DNA of 64,000 bases from Planctomycetota bacterium. GTDB lineage: Bacteria > Planctomycetota > B15-G4. Below, in pieces: positions 18,728 through 28,633 of the stretch; positions within the stretch are counted from its first letter, which is position 1, and every line of letters begins with the position of its first letter. The notes under the pieces were generated by a model. That model did not search any database and had not been told where the DNA came from. It worked only from the letters and a program-made list of their open reading frames with translations. Both the position numbers and the translations under genes were made by a program. The DNA is taken from positions 3,424,001 through 3,488,000 of the forward strand of contig CBDFJQ010000002.1 of assembly GCA_965248575.1 (NCBI GenBank), read 5' to 3'.

Positions 18728-20101
18728 TCACCGCTCGGCGTCGACCCACCCCGCGGGTGGGTCGACGCCGGTGAGAGCTTCCAGGAAAGCGAGCAACTGC
18801 TCGATCTCGCGCGGCGTGAAGTTCGCGGGCTGCAAGGTGCTCTCCGCGTGATGGCCGCCCGACATTGCCCCCTCCAGGGTGGAGTAGAACTGCAGCACGT
18901 CCCGCAGGCTCGCGAACTGGCCGGCGTGCATGTAAGGCGCGGTCTGGGAGACGTTCCGCAGGCTCGGCGTCTTGAAGGCACCCCAGTCTTCGCCCGACAC
19001 CCGCAGCGTGCGGGTCTGCAGAGCCCGCTGTCCCTCTGGGGCATCGCTGAACGCGCCAGTCGCCGAGAACCTGTCAGCCGCCAGGCGCGCGGCACCGTCA
19101 AAACGCCCTGGGTCTGACGGGGCCCGGCCATTCGGTGTGGGTACGCCGAGATTGTGGAACTCACCATCCGTCAGACGCGGCCCGAAGTGGCAGCGTAGGC
19201 ATCCAGCCTCGCCCACGAAGAGCTCCAAACCCGCTTCTGCTTCCGCGGAAAGGGCGGCGTCCCGGCCAGCCAGCCACTCATCGAAGGGAGAGGGCCCCGT
19301 GAGCAGGCGCCGCTCATACGCAGCCAGGGCTTTGCCCACCTGAACGAAGACCTGGTCGATGGCCTGTCGCGTGTCGGGCGCGAGCGCCTCCCAAACTCCC
19401 CAAGCCCGGTACTCCAGGGCAGGTGCGGCACCCGCGAGTCCTCCGCGCGCCGGGGGACGCGCGTGTTCCGGCAGGCCAGCCCCTTCCAAACGAGCCAGCA
19501 CAGCCCGAGCCTCCGCTCCGAAAACATCCTCGAAGGCAGCCCGCAGGCCAGGGTCCCTGAGCAGGGTCTGGACCACTGCGGTGCGAGTTCCCGCCATCTC
19601 CAAGGAGTCCTCAAGGGGTTGCAAGGCCTGGGCCCACAAGCTGTCGGCACGCCCATCCCGAAACAGCCAGCGCTCCCGCGCTGCGTCGAGAATGGTGGGC
19701 GCGTTGCGATTCCCGATACCCGCCCCCAGAGAGACGGCCCGCCCATCGGTGAAGGCGCGCTGAGGATCGTGGCACGACGCGCAGCTCAGGGCGCTTTCCC
19801 CAGACGCCAAAGCTTCCCCCTGCGCCACCTGTGGGTGCCCCGCCAAGCCGGGCAGGAAGAAGAGCGTCTGGCCCAGCCGCGCCGCGGCCAGGTCGTCACC
19901 CACGCTGTTGGTGGGGTCGGATACCAACGGCCTGAGACCGGCCGACAGCCGGAAGACGCTCTGCGCCCTGGAACGCAAGTCGGCGTCGGGCGAGCGGACC
20001 GGCGAGCCTTCGCCGTTGGGGCCCGTTGAACCGCAGGCTCCCACGGTCAGCACGAGAAAGACCAGCGAGCCGCAGCAGCAGCGGAACAGCACCGGCTTCA
20101 C
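18728..20101 (-). CDS. di-heme cytochrome c peroxidase family protein (bCcP/MauG/MbnH superfamily), probable lipoprotein
   Basis: CASCH and CLRCH heme motifs, RNAPT, DGRA.SL..QA..P, FKTPSLRNV..TAPYMH. The GTG start overlaps the upstream stop (GTGA). Confidence 0.9.
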   Translation of the reverse strand: MKPVLFRCCCGSLVFLVLTVGACGSTGPNGEGSPVRSPDADLRSRAQSVFRLSAGLRPLVSDPTNSVGDDLAAARLGQTLFFLPGLAGHPQVAQGEALASGESALSCASCHDPQRAFTDGRAVSLGAGIGNRNAPTILDAARERWLFRDGRADSLWAQALQPLEDSLEMAGTRTAVVQTLLRDPGLRAAFEDVFGAEARAVLARLEGAGLPEHARPPARGGLAGAAPALEYRAWGVWEALAPDTRQAIDQVFVQVGKALAAYERRLLTGPSPFDEWLAGRDAALSAEAEAGLELFVGEAGCLRCHFGPRLTDGEFHNLGVPTPNGRAPSDPGRFDGAARLAADRFSATGAFSDAPEGQRALQTRTLRVSGEDWGAFKTPSLRNVSQTAPYMHAGQFASLRDVLQFYSTLEGAMSGGHHAESTLQPANFTPREIEQLLAFLEALTGVDPPAGWVDAER

Positions 20102-20553
20102 CTCACCTCCACGACCAACTCGGCGCGCTCCGTGATGGCTCCATCGGTCACATCGAAGCTGAGGGTCCAGGCGCCCGGCATGTGGAACAGCAGGCCGCTC
20201 GCCCGCACGACCTCCGGCGAGACCCGGCTGTGCTCCGGCACACGATTCATGCCGTGCTGGTGATGGGGCATGGCTGCATCGACCCGCACGGGAATCCCCG
20301 GCAAGGCGTTGGTGGTGCCATTCCGCGCCACGGAGACGAAGACGGAAAAGGGCTCGTTGAGAGGGATCGGCGACGGCTCGGTGGACAAGGTCACCCGCCA
20401 TGTCCCGGCGGCGGAAATGAGCTCTCGCGGCCCAGAGGCCGAACCAGCCCGGGAGCCGTTCAGCCCCGCGGAATCGCTGGCCGGGCTAGAACAGGACACG
20501 CTCAGGCCGAGACCCAAAACCAGCACCGACAACGCTCTCGCCCAGGGCTTCAT
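20098..20553 (-). CDS. YtkA/FixH-like lipoprotein
   Basis: Lipobox SVSC; DAAMPHHQHGMN and GLLFHMPGAW motifs. Confidence 0.75.
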   Translation of the reverse strand: MKPWARALSVLVLGLGLSVSCSSPASDSAGLNGSRAGSASGPRELISAAGTWRVTLSTEPSPIPLNEPFSVFVSVARNGTTNALPGIPVRVDAAMPHHQHGMNRVPEHSRVSPEVVRASGLLFHMPGAWTLSFDVTDGAITERAELVVEVR

Positions 20554-22571
20554 GGTTCCTCTCCGTTGCTTTCGTTGCTCTCGATCAACGGCTCCGTTGC
20601 CTCCGGCTGCTGGGCCGCGTCCACGTACAGCCTGCGCCCAAACGCAGTCACGAAGCTTCCATCGGCCTGGAACATCTGGCCGCGATGGTTGCCGTGGTCG
20701 AGCACGAGCAGCTCCCCATGGGGCATCTCGGTGATCCCTCGTGGCTTGTAGAACTCGCCCGCGCCCAGGCCGGGGCCACCCCACGACAGCAGCTCCAGCC
20801 CCAGGATGTCGAACAAGTGCACCTTGTGGGTTGCACGATCCGTCACCAGCACGCGCCCACCGGAATCTCCGGCGACGCCGCCCGGCTCGTCCAGGACGCC
20901 GGCCCCGAGGATGGCGTCCAGCTCACCCTCGAGCCCGAACACCAACACCCGGCCGAGGTCTCCATCGGCGACCGCGATCCGGGCCGGGCCCACCGTCTCG
21001 TGCGGCGCCTCGCTGCTGCTGTACTCATCCCACTCCAGACTGAAGGGCGGGATCACCGCGATGTCCATGGGCCGCTGCAAGCGCCCCGCACCGAAGCGAC
21101 GCACCAGGTTCCAGGTGCGGTCGAACACGAGCACCTCCGCCGCATAGTCGTCCACCACATAGAGCAGCCCGTCGTCGTCCAGTGCCAAGGCACCGGGGCG
21201 GATGGGCCGGTCGCTCTCCTCGAGCAAGGCCGCCAGATCCACGGAGTGCACGAGGTGCCCCGCTCCAGCCCTGAACACGACGGCCTCTTCAGGGTCGTGA
21301 TCCAGGCGCCAGGTCTGGATGCGGCCCAGATCGCCGTCGCTCACGAACACCCGCCCGGCTGGACCGAAGCCGAGACCGCTCAGCCGACGTGATTGACCAT
21401 AGGCATCGCCCCAACCCCCCAGGCGCGTCACCATGATGGGAGTCTGGCCGGTCACATCCATGGCCTGGAGCGTCTGGCTCTCGGGTTCCATGAGCAACAG
21501 CAGCCGCTCCCGCACCGAGATTGACGGCCCATAGTGTGCCGCCAGGCCGGTCCGCACGGTGGGGTCTGCGGCGTAGGCCGCCACTCCATCCAACGCCGGG
21601 CCGAAGACCTGCACGCGATCCATGAAGGACTCGCAGACCACCACGCGCCCCCCGCCCGGCGCCACCGCCAAGGCATCGGGGTAATGCAGACGCCCCGCAC
21701 CTTCCCGGGGCTCCAGGGCATGCTTGCCCCATTCGTAGAGCGGCGCGCTCTCTCCACGCAAGATCCCCTCCACATCGAAGACCTGGATCCGGTGGTTCTC
21801 CGTGTCGGCCACGTAGAGACGACCGTCGCTCACGGCGAGCCCCCGCGGATCCACGAAGAGCCCCGGGAAGGGGCCCCGTTCTCCGACGCTCGCCAGGACC
21901 CCGCCTTCGGAGTCCAGGACCACGATGCGGTTGTTGCCCGAGTCCGCGACAAAGACCCGACCTGCAGCGTCCCGGGCCAGGCCGGTCGGACGCAGCAATC
22001 CGTCGGCGTGCCAGCTCTGCACTGGGCGCCCCAGCCGGTCGAACACCTGCACGCGGTTGTTGCCCGAGTCCGCCACGTAGACCCACTCGTCAGAAACCGC
22101 CAAGCCCACCGGCTCCACAAGCTGCTCCGGCCCTGGGCCCCGGGAGCCGAAGCGCCCCTGCCAGCGACCGTCCGCCTGGAACATCTGCACACGGTGGTTG
22201 CCCGTGTCGGCGACATAGATCAGCCCGCCCGGAGCCACGGCGAGACCTCCCGGACGCTGCAGCTCTCCGGCCGCGTTGCCCCTGCGCCCGAATCCGCCCG
22301 CCGGCTGCAACAAGCCGTCTGCATCCGGCACGTAGACCTGCACCCGATGATCGCCAGCCAGGTACAGCTCGCCCTGTTCGTTGAAAGCAGCCGTGCGCAC
22401 GGACACGAGGCCCTCGAAGGTGCCCTCGTACACGCCGTAGCGCCCTTCCACCTCGTCTCCGGAGAGCAGCTCCTGCCCGACGGACCGTGCGGGCGCGGCA
22501 AGAGCCACGGCCTCCCCAGCGGGAGCTGTCAGGGAGATCAAGCCCAGCAGGATCGAGAGCAGGCGCAGCAT
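20550..22571 (-). CDS. secreted NHL-repeat (beta-propeller) protein
   Basis: Signal peptide; many P.GLAV...YVADTGNHRVQ.F repeats. Confidence 0.88.
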   Translation of the reverse strand: MLRLLSILLGLISLTAPAGEAVALAAPARSVGQELLSGDEVEGRYGVYEGTFEGLVSVRTAAFNEQGELYLAGDHRVQVYVPDADGLLQPAGGFGRRGNAAGELQRPGGLAVAPGGLIYVADTGNHRVQMFQADGRWQGRFGSRGPGPEQLVEPVGLAVSDEWVYVADSGNNRVQVFDRLGRPVQSWHADGLLRPTGLARDAAGRVFVADSGNNRIVVLDSEGGVLASVGERGPFPGLFVDPRGLAVSDGRLYVADTENHRIQVFDVEGILRGESAPLYEWGKHALEPREGAGRLHYPDALAVAPGGGRVVVCESFMDRVQVFGPALDGVAAYAADPTVRTGLAAHYGPSISVRERLLLLMEPESQTLQAMDVTGQTPIMVTRLGGWGDAYGQSRRLSGLGFGPAGRVFVSDGDLGRIQTWRLDHDPEEAVVFRAGAGHLVHSVDLAALLEESDRPIRPGALALDDDGLLYVVDDYAAEVLVFDRTWNLVRRFGAGRLQRPMDIAVIPPFSLEWDEYSSSEAPHETVGPARIAVADGDLGRVLVFGLEGELDAILGAGVLDEPGGVAGDSGGRVLVTDRATHKVHLFDILGLELLSWGGPGLGAGEFYKPRGITEMPHGELLVLDHGNHRGQMFQADGSFVTAFGRRLYVDAAQQPEATEPLIESNESNGEEP

Positions 22572-22751
22572 GGGTCGGGGGGCAGCCTTTCGGAGCGGGA
22601 GACGGGCAGGTCGAACCAACTGAGCACTCTAGCAGCCCCCATTTCCCCCCGTCTTGCTCCTCAACTGCACCTGTGGCAAATGACCCTCAACACCTGGCCA
22701 TTGCCGGCCGATCTAGGGGAACTTCCGGTCGACTGTTCCGAAAGCCATCCC

Positions 22752-23756
22752 ATGAAGATCCTCGTTCTCGGTGGAAGCAAGTTCCTCGGTCGCCACGTCG
22801 TGCAGGCGGCGCTGGATCGGGGGCACGACGTCACCCTCTTCAACCGGGGGTTGACGGACCCGCACCGTTTCCCGAATGCCACCACTCTGATTGGCGACCG
22901 CACCTGCGATCTGGACAAGCTGGCAGGCGACCGTTGGGACGTGGCGCTGGACACCAGCGGACATACGCCGCTGGATGTGAGCGCGACGGCTGACGGGCTC
23001 TCCGGAAAGGTCGCCCACTACACCTACGTCTCCACCGCGTCGGTGCTCGAACAGCCTGTGGCCCGGGGTGCCGACGAATCGGCACCCGTGGAAGAGCTGC
23101 CGCCCTGCGAATCCTGCGTCGTGGACGTCAACGACCACAACTATGCCGCTGTGAAGGCCGAGTGCGAACGCATCGTGCGCGACACCTTTGACGGACCGTC
23201 CTTCATCGTGCGCCCGGGCCTCGTGGTGGGCCCCGAGGACGAGTCGGACCGCTTCACCTACTGGTTGCGCCGCATCAAGTTCGGCGGAGACATCCTGGTG
23301 AGTCGCCCCGATCAACCGGTGCAGTTCATCGACGTGCGCGACATCGCCGAGTGGATCGTGCTCGCCGCCGAGGATGGCTACGAGGGCACCTACCTCGCCA
23401 CCGGCCCAGCCGAGCCCCTGACCATGGGCGAGTTCCTCGCCCAGTGCCGCAAGACCCTGGATGTGGACGGGGCCTACTTCACCGCGGTGGACGACAGCTT
23501 CCTCTTGGATTCCGGCGCTCAGCCCCTGCAGGACCTGCCGCTTTGGATCCCCAAGCAGCAGGAGGCGTTCATGACGCTCAACTGCCAGGCGGCGTTCGAC
23601 AAGCGCCTGCGCACGCGCCCCTTGGTCGAGACCATCTTCGACACCTACCACTGGGACTTGAGCCGCCCCTGGGATGAGCCGGTCTGTGCAGGCCTGACGC
23701 TGGACCAGGAGGCCGAACTGCTGGACGCCTGGATGGCGCGTGTGCCTGCGGGCTAG
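22752..23756 (+). CDS. NAD-dependent epimerase/dehydratase family protein (isoflavone-reductase-like)
   Basis: MKILVLGGSKFLG, TLFNRG, Y...K, RPGLVVGP.D..DRFTYW, QFIDVRD. Confidence 0.9.
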   Translation: MKILVLGGSKFLGRHVVQAALDRGHDVTLFNRGLTDPHRFPNATTLIGDRTCDLDKLAGDRWDVALDTSGHTPLDVSATADGLSGKVAHYTYVSTASVLEQPVARGADESAPVEELPPCESCVVDVNDHNYAAVKAECERIVRDTFDGPSFIVRPGLVVGPEDESDRFTYWLRRIKFGGDILVSRPDQPVQFIDVRDIAEWIVLAAEDGYEGTYLATGPAEPLTMGEFLAQCRKTLDVDGAYFTAVDDSFLLDSGAQPLQDLPLWIPKQQEAFMTLNCQAAFDKRLRTRPLVETIFDTYHWDLSRPWDEPVCAGLTLDQEAELLDAWMARVPAG

Positions 23757-23777
23757 GCGAGCCCGCACGCCGAACGA

Positions 23778-24509
23778 CTAGCGCGCCGGCAGCTGCAGGA
23801 TGGCTCCGACGTCCAGCCCCACGGCGTCCAGATGGCCGACGATGGCGCGGTTGACGCTCCCGTTGCCGCCCAAAAGACCGTGCATGTGCATGCGTGATCC
23901 GTGGTGGGTGAGCACCGCCTCCACCCCCTCACCGTAGAAGCCCACCAACAGCCCATCACCGGGCCCGAAGGAGGCGCGGAAGGGCTCCTGCTCTGGCGCA
24001 AGCTCTCCGGCGGCCAGGGGGCAGCGTCCGTTGATGACATGCATCTCCGCGGACGAGATGGCCCCGCGTACCACGAACGGAAAGGGCCGCGTCCAGTCGA
24101 TGCCGTGTTGCTCGGCCGCCTCTCGAACGAAACGTTCCATCTGATCAGACGGCACGCCCTCCCTCACAGGCACATCGACCCAGGCCGGTACCTCGGCCAA
24201 CACCAGAAAGCTGGCACGCTCACCGGGCTCGGTCGGATGCGCGCTGGGCCGAACCACCATGGCTCGCGTGACCAAGGACTCACCGTCCACGAGCAACAGC
24301 TCGCCCTTGAGATCCACGAGGGCGCCCAGGCCGACGACGTTCGGCGTCACGACATCGTCCAAGGTGACCCGTCCGTGGCTGCGCTGCAGGGCCATGACCT
24401 CGCGCACCGTCCCCCAATGCTGGGTCTCACCGTTCCATCGAGGGGCAGCACAAGCGCTCAGAACGCTAATGGCCAACCCTGCGACCAACCCTGCAACACG
24501 TGGCTTCAT
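23778..24509 (-). CDS. acetolactate-decarboxylase-fold lipoprotein
   Basis: Lipobox LSAC; GLGAL..LKGELLLVDG, LVGFY, THHG..MHMH, GHLD. Confidence 0.65.
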   Translation of the reverse strand: MKPRVAGLVAGLAISVLSACAAPRWNGETQHWGTVREVMALQRSHGRVTLDDVVTPNVVGLGALVDLKGELLLVDGESLVTRAMVVRPSAHPTEPGERASFLVLAEVPAWVDVPVREGVPSDQMERFVREAAEQHGIDWTRPFPFVVRGAISSAEMHVINGRCPLAAGELAPEQEPFRASFGPGDGLLVGFYGEGVEAVLTHHGSRMHMHGLLGGNGSVNRAIVGHLDAVGLDVGAILQLPAR

Positions 24510-24600
24510 GCGCCCATGATCCCCCGTGGGCCAAGCGATTGCGAGCAGCCTCCCCGGCGCTGGGTGCGCCCGCACGTCGCCGACAGGTAGCATCCCTGGC

Positions 24601-25248
24601 ATGGACGGCCCCACGGACGCCCCGACGCTCAGCCCCACCCGCGGCACGGGGGCGCTCGTGGCCTGCCATTCCTGCGACCTGCTGCATGAGCGCCGTCCCT
24701 TGATCGGCGGACGCAAAGCGCTGTGCAGCCGCTGCGGTGCCGTGCTCTATCGCTCGCCGCGCCGCAGCGCTGAGCGCACCCTCGCGTTGGCTCTGACCGG
24801 CCTGGTGTTGTTCGTGCTGGTGAACACGTTTCCGTTCATGACCTTCGACTTCGAGGGCCGGCCCCAGGCGGCGGGCTTCCTGAACGGGGCCTGGGAGCTG
24901 GCCGGCGCCGGCATGTGGCCGCTGAGCGTCTTGATCGTGGTCACGTGCTTCGCCGTGCCGCTCGTGGAGATGCTCGGCCTGGTGGCCCTGCTCGCCCCCC
25001 GCGTCTTGGGCTACTCCACCCGGTTCCGCCCAGGCCTGTCCCACCTCCTGGCACCGCTCGCCCCCTGGGCCATGCTCGAGATCTGCATGCTCGGCGCCTT
25101 GGTGGCCTTGGTGAAGCTGACCGAACTGGCGCAGGTCATCATAGGCGTCTCTTTCTGGTCTCTGGCAGCGCTGATCTTCGTGCTGGCCGCCGCCCGCACC
25201 AACTTCGACCGCTCCCTCATGTGGGATGGCGCGAGGCAGGACCCATGA
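24601..25248 (+). CDS. pqiA: paraquat-inducible protein A (first half)
   Basis: CHSCD...CSRCG Zn motif, TM helices, PWAMLEI, LVKL. Confidence 0.88.
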   Translation: MDGPTDAPTLSPTRGTGALVACHSCDLLHERRPLIGGRKALCSRCGAVLYRSPRRSAERTLALALTGLVLFVLVNTFPFMTFDFEGRPQAAGFLNGAWELAGAGMWPLSVLIVVTCFAVPLVEMLGLVALLAPRVLGYSTRFRPGLSHLLAPLAPWAMLEICMLGALVALVKLTELAQVIIGVSFWSLAALIFVLAAARTNFDRSLMWDGARQDP

Positions 25249-25919
25249 CCGCCAACAGCCTCGGCGCCCTGCAGTCGGCCGCTCAAGCACAGCTGGTGAG
25301 TTGCCATCGCTGCACGTGGTTGAGCCCTGAGTTGCAGCCGGAGGGGAGGCACCACCAGCCGGGCGACGGCGGGGTGCGCACCACGCACTGCCTGCGCTGT
25401 GGAGCCGCCTTGCACCGCCGAAAGCCCCAAAGCGTCCAACGCACCTGGGCGCTCGTGATCGGCGCGGCCGTCCTGTACATCCCAGCCAACATCTACCCGG
25501 TGATGACCATCATCCAGTTCGGCCGGGGCCACCCGGACACGATCATGAGCGGCATCATAGGCCTCTTCGAAACGGGGGAGGTGCCCATCGCGCTGCTCGT
25601 GCTCTTCGCCAGCATCCTCGTGCCCGCCCTCAAGCTGTTCGGCCTGAGCTTCCTGTTGATCTCCGTGCAAAAGCGCTGGTCGTGGCGCCCACGGGACCGA
25701 ACGCTGCTCTATCGCCTGATCGAACTGGTGGGGCGCTGGTCCATGCTGGACGTGTTCATGCTAGCTACGCTCATCGCTCTCGTGAAGATCGGCAGCCTGG
25801 CCACCATCGACCCAGGCATCGGCGCGCTCTCCTTCGCCAGCGTGGTCGTGCTCACGATCCTCGCCTCCCAAAGCTTCGACCCCCGTCTCATTTGGGACGC
25901 CCTGGAAGACTCGCCATGA
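25245..25919 (+). CDS. pqiA: paraquat-inducible protein A (second half)
   Basis: CHRC...CLRCG, LYIPANIYPVM, DTIMSG, GRWSMLDVF, FDPRLIWD; ATGA overlap. Confidence 0.92.
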   Translation: MTANSLGALQSAAQAQLVSCHRCTWLSPELQPEGRHHQPGDGGVRTTHCLRCGAALHRRKPQSVQRTWALVIGAAVLYIPANIYPVMTIIQFGRGHPDTIMSGIIGLFETGEVPIALLVLFASILVPALKLFGLSFLLISVQKRWSWRPRDRTLLYRLIELVGRWSMLDVFMLATLIALVKIGSLATIDPGIGALSFASVVVLTILASQSFDPRLIWDALEDSP

Positions 25920-27577
25920 GCCCAACGACACCCTCCGACATCCCTCCCGCCGCTGCTCAGGTGGTGGAGAAGCGCAGCCGCGGCCTGTCCCTCGTGTGGG
26001 TCGTGCCCGTGGTGGCCGCGCTGATCGGGGCCTGGCTCTGGTACAGCACCGTGAGCAACCGCGGGCCGCTGGTCAGCATGACGTTCGAGACAGCGGACGG
26101 CATCCAAGCGGGCAAGACCAAGATCAAGCTGAAGAACGTGGACGTGGGCGTGGTGGAGTCCATCGACATCAGCGACGACCTCAGTCGCGTCCTGCTCCGC
26201 GGGCGCTTCAGCAAGCGGGCCGAACCCCACCTGCGGGAGCTGACCCGATTCTGGGTGGTGCGACCGCGCATCGGCGCTCAAGGCATCTCGGGCTTGGGCA
26301 CCTTGATCTCGGGTGCCTACATCGCCATGGAGCCGGGGGAAGGGGCACCCGCCTATGAATTCGCGGGCATCGAATTGCCGCCCGTCAGCCCCAACGACGC
26401 GCCGGGCCTGAAGCTCAAGCTCCAATCGGATCGCCTGGCGTCCGTGGGCGTGGGTTCCTCGGTGTACTTCCGCGACGTCTGCGTCGGCCTGGTGGAGGGC
26501 CACGACCTCGCCGTGGACGGCAAGTCCGTCATGATCCATGTCTACATCGAGGAGCAGTTCGCTGGCTTGGTGCGCACCAACAGTCGCTTTTGGAATGCGA
26601 GCGGCATCGACGTCTCCCTGGGTGCTGACGGCGTGGACATACGCACCGCCGCCTTGGACGCGATCCTGACCGGGGGCATCTCCTTCGAGAGCCCCTCCAA
26701 CGAAGCCCTTGGGCCGTCGGCCACCAGCGGCTCCGAGTACTGGCTGCATCCTGACTGGGAGTCCGTCACCGAGCGCATCTACACCGAGACGGACGAGTAC
26801 GTGCTCTACTTCGACGGCTCGGTGCGCGGCCTCTCGGTAGGCGCCCCCGTGGAGTTCCGCGGCATCAAGATGGGCAAGGTGACGGAGGTCGTCATCCAGT
26901 ACGACACCAGCTCCCAGGAGCTGCTGATTCCTGTGCACATCGAGATCCAGCGCGGCCGGGTGGAGATCCTGGGCGATGACGACGACACCTTCGGCCGGGA
27001 TCAAGCCATCCAAGCCTTCGTGGAACGAGGCCTGCGCGCCCAGCTCCAGACGGGAAGCCTCGTCACCGGAGCCCTCTTCGTGGACCTCGACTTCTACCCG
27101 AACGCCCCCGCTCGCCTGCTCAACATCAATCCGGAGGAAAGCGAGCTGCCCACCATCCCCAGCACCGGCGAGTCCCTGGAGAACACCCTGGCGCAGTTCC
27201 CGCAGCTGGTGGAATCGGCCCAGGACGCCATCGAGGCCTTCGAGGCCTTGGTGACTGCCCCGGGCATCTTCTCGGCCTTGGATGGCGTGAACCTCACCCT
27301 GGAGGACATGCGCACCACGCTCGACACCCTGGACCAGCGCCTGGCGTCGCTCAGCACGGATGTGTCGGGGACAACTGACGCGGCGACCGAGGCCTTCCAG
27401 CAGGTGGCCAGCACCTTCGACAGCTTGCGCGAGACCACGGCCCAGGACTCGGAGACCCTCTTCGAGCTGAACAGGGCGCTGGGCGAGATCGCAGAGTCCG
27501 CTCGCTCCTTGAGATCGTTGACGGAGTACCTCGAGCAGCACCCCGAGTCCCTGCTGGGCGGCAAACAGGAACCCTGA
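25916..27577 (+). CDS. pqiB: MCE-domain intermembrane transport protein PqiB
   Basis: SLVWVVP, GKTKIK, FWVVRPRI...GL.TL.SGAYI, RFWNASG, SVRGLSVGAPVEFRGI, GLRAQL; C-terminal L..HPESLL.G. Confidence 0.92.
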   Translation: MSPTTPSDIPPAAAQVVEKRSRGLSLVWVVPVVAALIGAWLWYSTVSNRGPLVSMTFETADGIQAGKTKIKLKNVDVGVVESIDISDDLSRVLLRGRFSKRAEPHLRELTRFWVVRPRIGAQGISGLGTLISGAYIAMEPGEGAPAYEFAGIELPPVSPNDAPGLKLKLQSDRLASVGVGSSVYFRDVCVGLVEGHDLAVDGKSVMIHVYIEEQFAGLVRTNSRFWNASGIDVSLGADGVDIRTAALDAILTGGISFESPSNEALGPSATSGSEYWLHPDWESVTERIYTETDEYVLYFDGSVRGLSVGAPVEFRGIKMGKVTEVVIQYDTSSQELLIPVHIEIQRGRVEILGDDDDTFGRDQAIQAFVERGLRAQLQTGSLVTGALFVDLDFYPNAPARLLNINPEESELPTIPSTGESLENTLAQFPQLVESAQDAIEAFEALVTAPGIFSALDGVNLTLEDMRTTLDTLDQRLASLSTDVSGTTDAATEAFQQVASTFDSLRETTAQDSETLFELNRALGEIAESARSLRSLTEYLEQHPESLLGGKQEP

Positions 27578-27595
27578 GCCCAGATCGGGAGCGCG

Positions 27596-27715
27596 TCAGC
27601 TCACGAGCCACCAGATGAGCCAGCCGATGCCCAGGATCAGCGCCCAGAGCAGCAAGCGCAGGGCCGTGAACCACGAGACGAGACGGTTCTTTTCGTAGGG
27701 GTCGAGGAAGCTCAA
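27596..27715 (-). CDS. 39-aa putative membrane peptide coupled to mutM
   Basis: The TTG start overlaps the mutM stop (TTGA). Product (M)SFLDPYEKNRLVSWFTALRLLLWALILGIGWLIWWLVS has one TM helix. Confidence 0.5.
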   Translation of the reverse strand: MSFLDPYEKNRLVSWFTALRLLLWALILGIGWLIWWLVS

Positions 27716-28578
27716 GCGCCCCCGCCCTTGCTGCCGCGGGCAACGCGCGGTGCCGCTTTGAAGCGCGGGGCCGGTTGGCACCGCAAACACACGTGGGTGC
27801 CCCGTTGGGCCACCCACAGCTTGCGGATGATGGCGCCGCACGTCCGGCACTCCTTGCCGTCGCGCCCGTACACCAAGAACTCATCCTGGTAGGCCCCGGG
27901 CTGTCCCTCCGGGGTCCGGTAGAAGGTGTCGAAACTGGACCCCTCGGCGTTCACCGCCGCGCCCAGGATCTCCCGGATGGCCAACGCCAGGGCTTCGGCT
28001 TGGGGGCCGGGCACCTTGTCGGAGCGCCGCAAGGGATGCAGCCCCGCGCGGTGCAGGGACTCGTCGACATAGATGTTGCCCAGCCCCGCCACGAAGGACT
28101 GGTCCAGCAGCAAGGGCTTCAGCAGTCGCTTGCGGCCCTTCAGGGCCAGGCGAAACCACTCGGGCGTGAGCACTGGCCCCAGCGGCTCGGGGCCGATGTT
28201 CGGCAAGAAGGACTCCACATCCTTGACCAAGGCCAAGCGACCGAACTTGCGCACATCCACGAACGCCAGGTGCCTGCCGTCGTCCAGGGCGAAGCTCACG
28301 CGCAGGTGCTTGGGGTCGGGCAGCTCGCCCACGTAGAGCCGGCCCGACATGCGCAGGTGGCCCACGATGTGCCGGCCGCTCTCCAAGCTGATGACGAAGT
28401 ACTTGGCCCGGCGCCAGACGCGCTCGATGCGCTGCCCCGCGACGCCAGCGCGGAAGGCCCGCAGCGAGGGCTTCGCGATGCTGCGCGCCCAGTGCACCTG
28501 GGCGGATTCCAGCCGTCGCCCCAACAGCTCCGGACGCAGCTGCCGCACGATGGTTTCGACCTCAGGAAGTTCCGGCAC
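27712..28578 (-). CDS. mutM: formamidopyrimidine-DNA glycosylase
   Basis: (M)PELPEVET, RRAKY, HLRMSG, D.RKFG, LLDQ..VAGLGNIYVDE, C-terminal CxxC...CxxCQ zinc finger. Confidence 0.96.
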   Translation of the reverse strand: MPELPEVETIVRQLRPELLGRRLESAQVHWARSIAKPSLRAFRAGVAGQRIERVWRRAKYFVISLESGRHIVGHLRMSGRLYVGELPDPKHLRVSFALDDGRHLAFVDVRKFGRLALVKDVESFLPNIGPEPLGPVLTPEWFRLALKGRKRLLKPLLLDQSFVAGLGNIYVDESLHRAGLHPLRRSDKVPGPQAEALALAIREILGAAVNAEGSSFDTFYRTPEGQPGAYQDEFLVYGRDGKECRTCGAIIRKLWVAQRGTHVCLRCQPAPRFKAAPRVARGSKGGGA

Positions 28579-28633
28579 GGTGCCCCTTTGCGGCCCAGCG
28601 ATGAATGAAGCGACCCATGATAAGGTCCCCCGC

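Noticed and set aside
21534..22751. N-terminal extension of the 740-aa ORF
   Set aside because: Antisense to the NHL gene; the real start is MKILVLGG at 22752.
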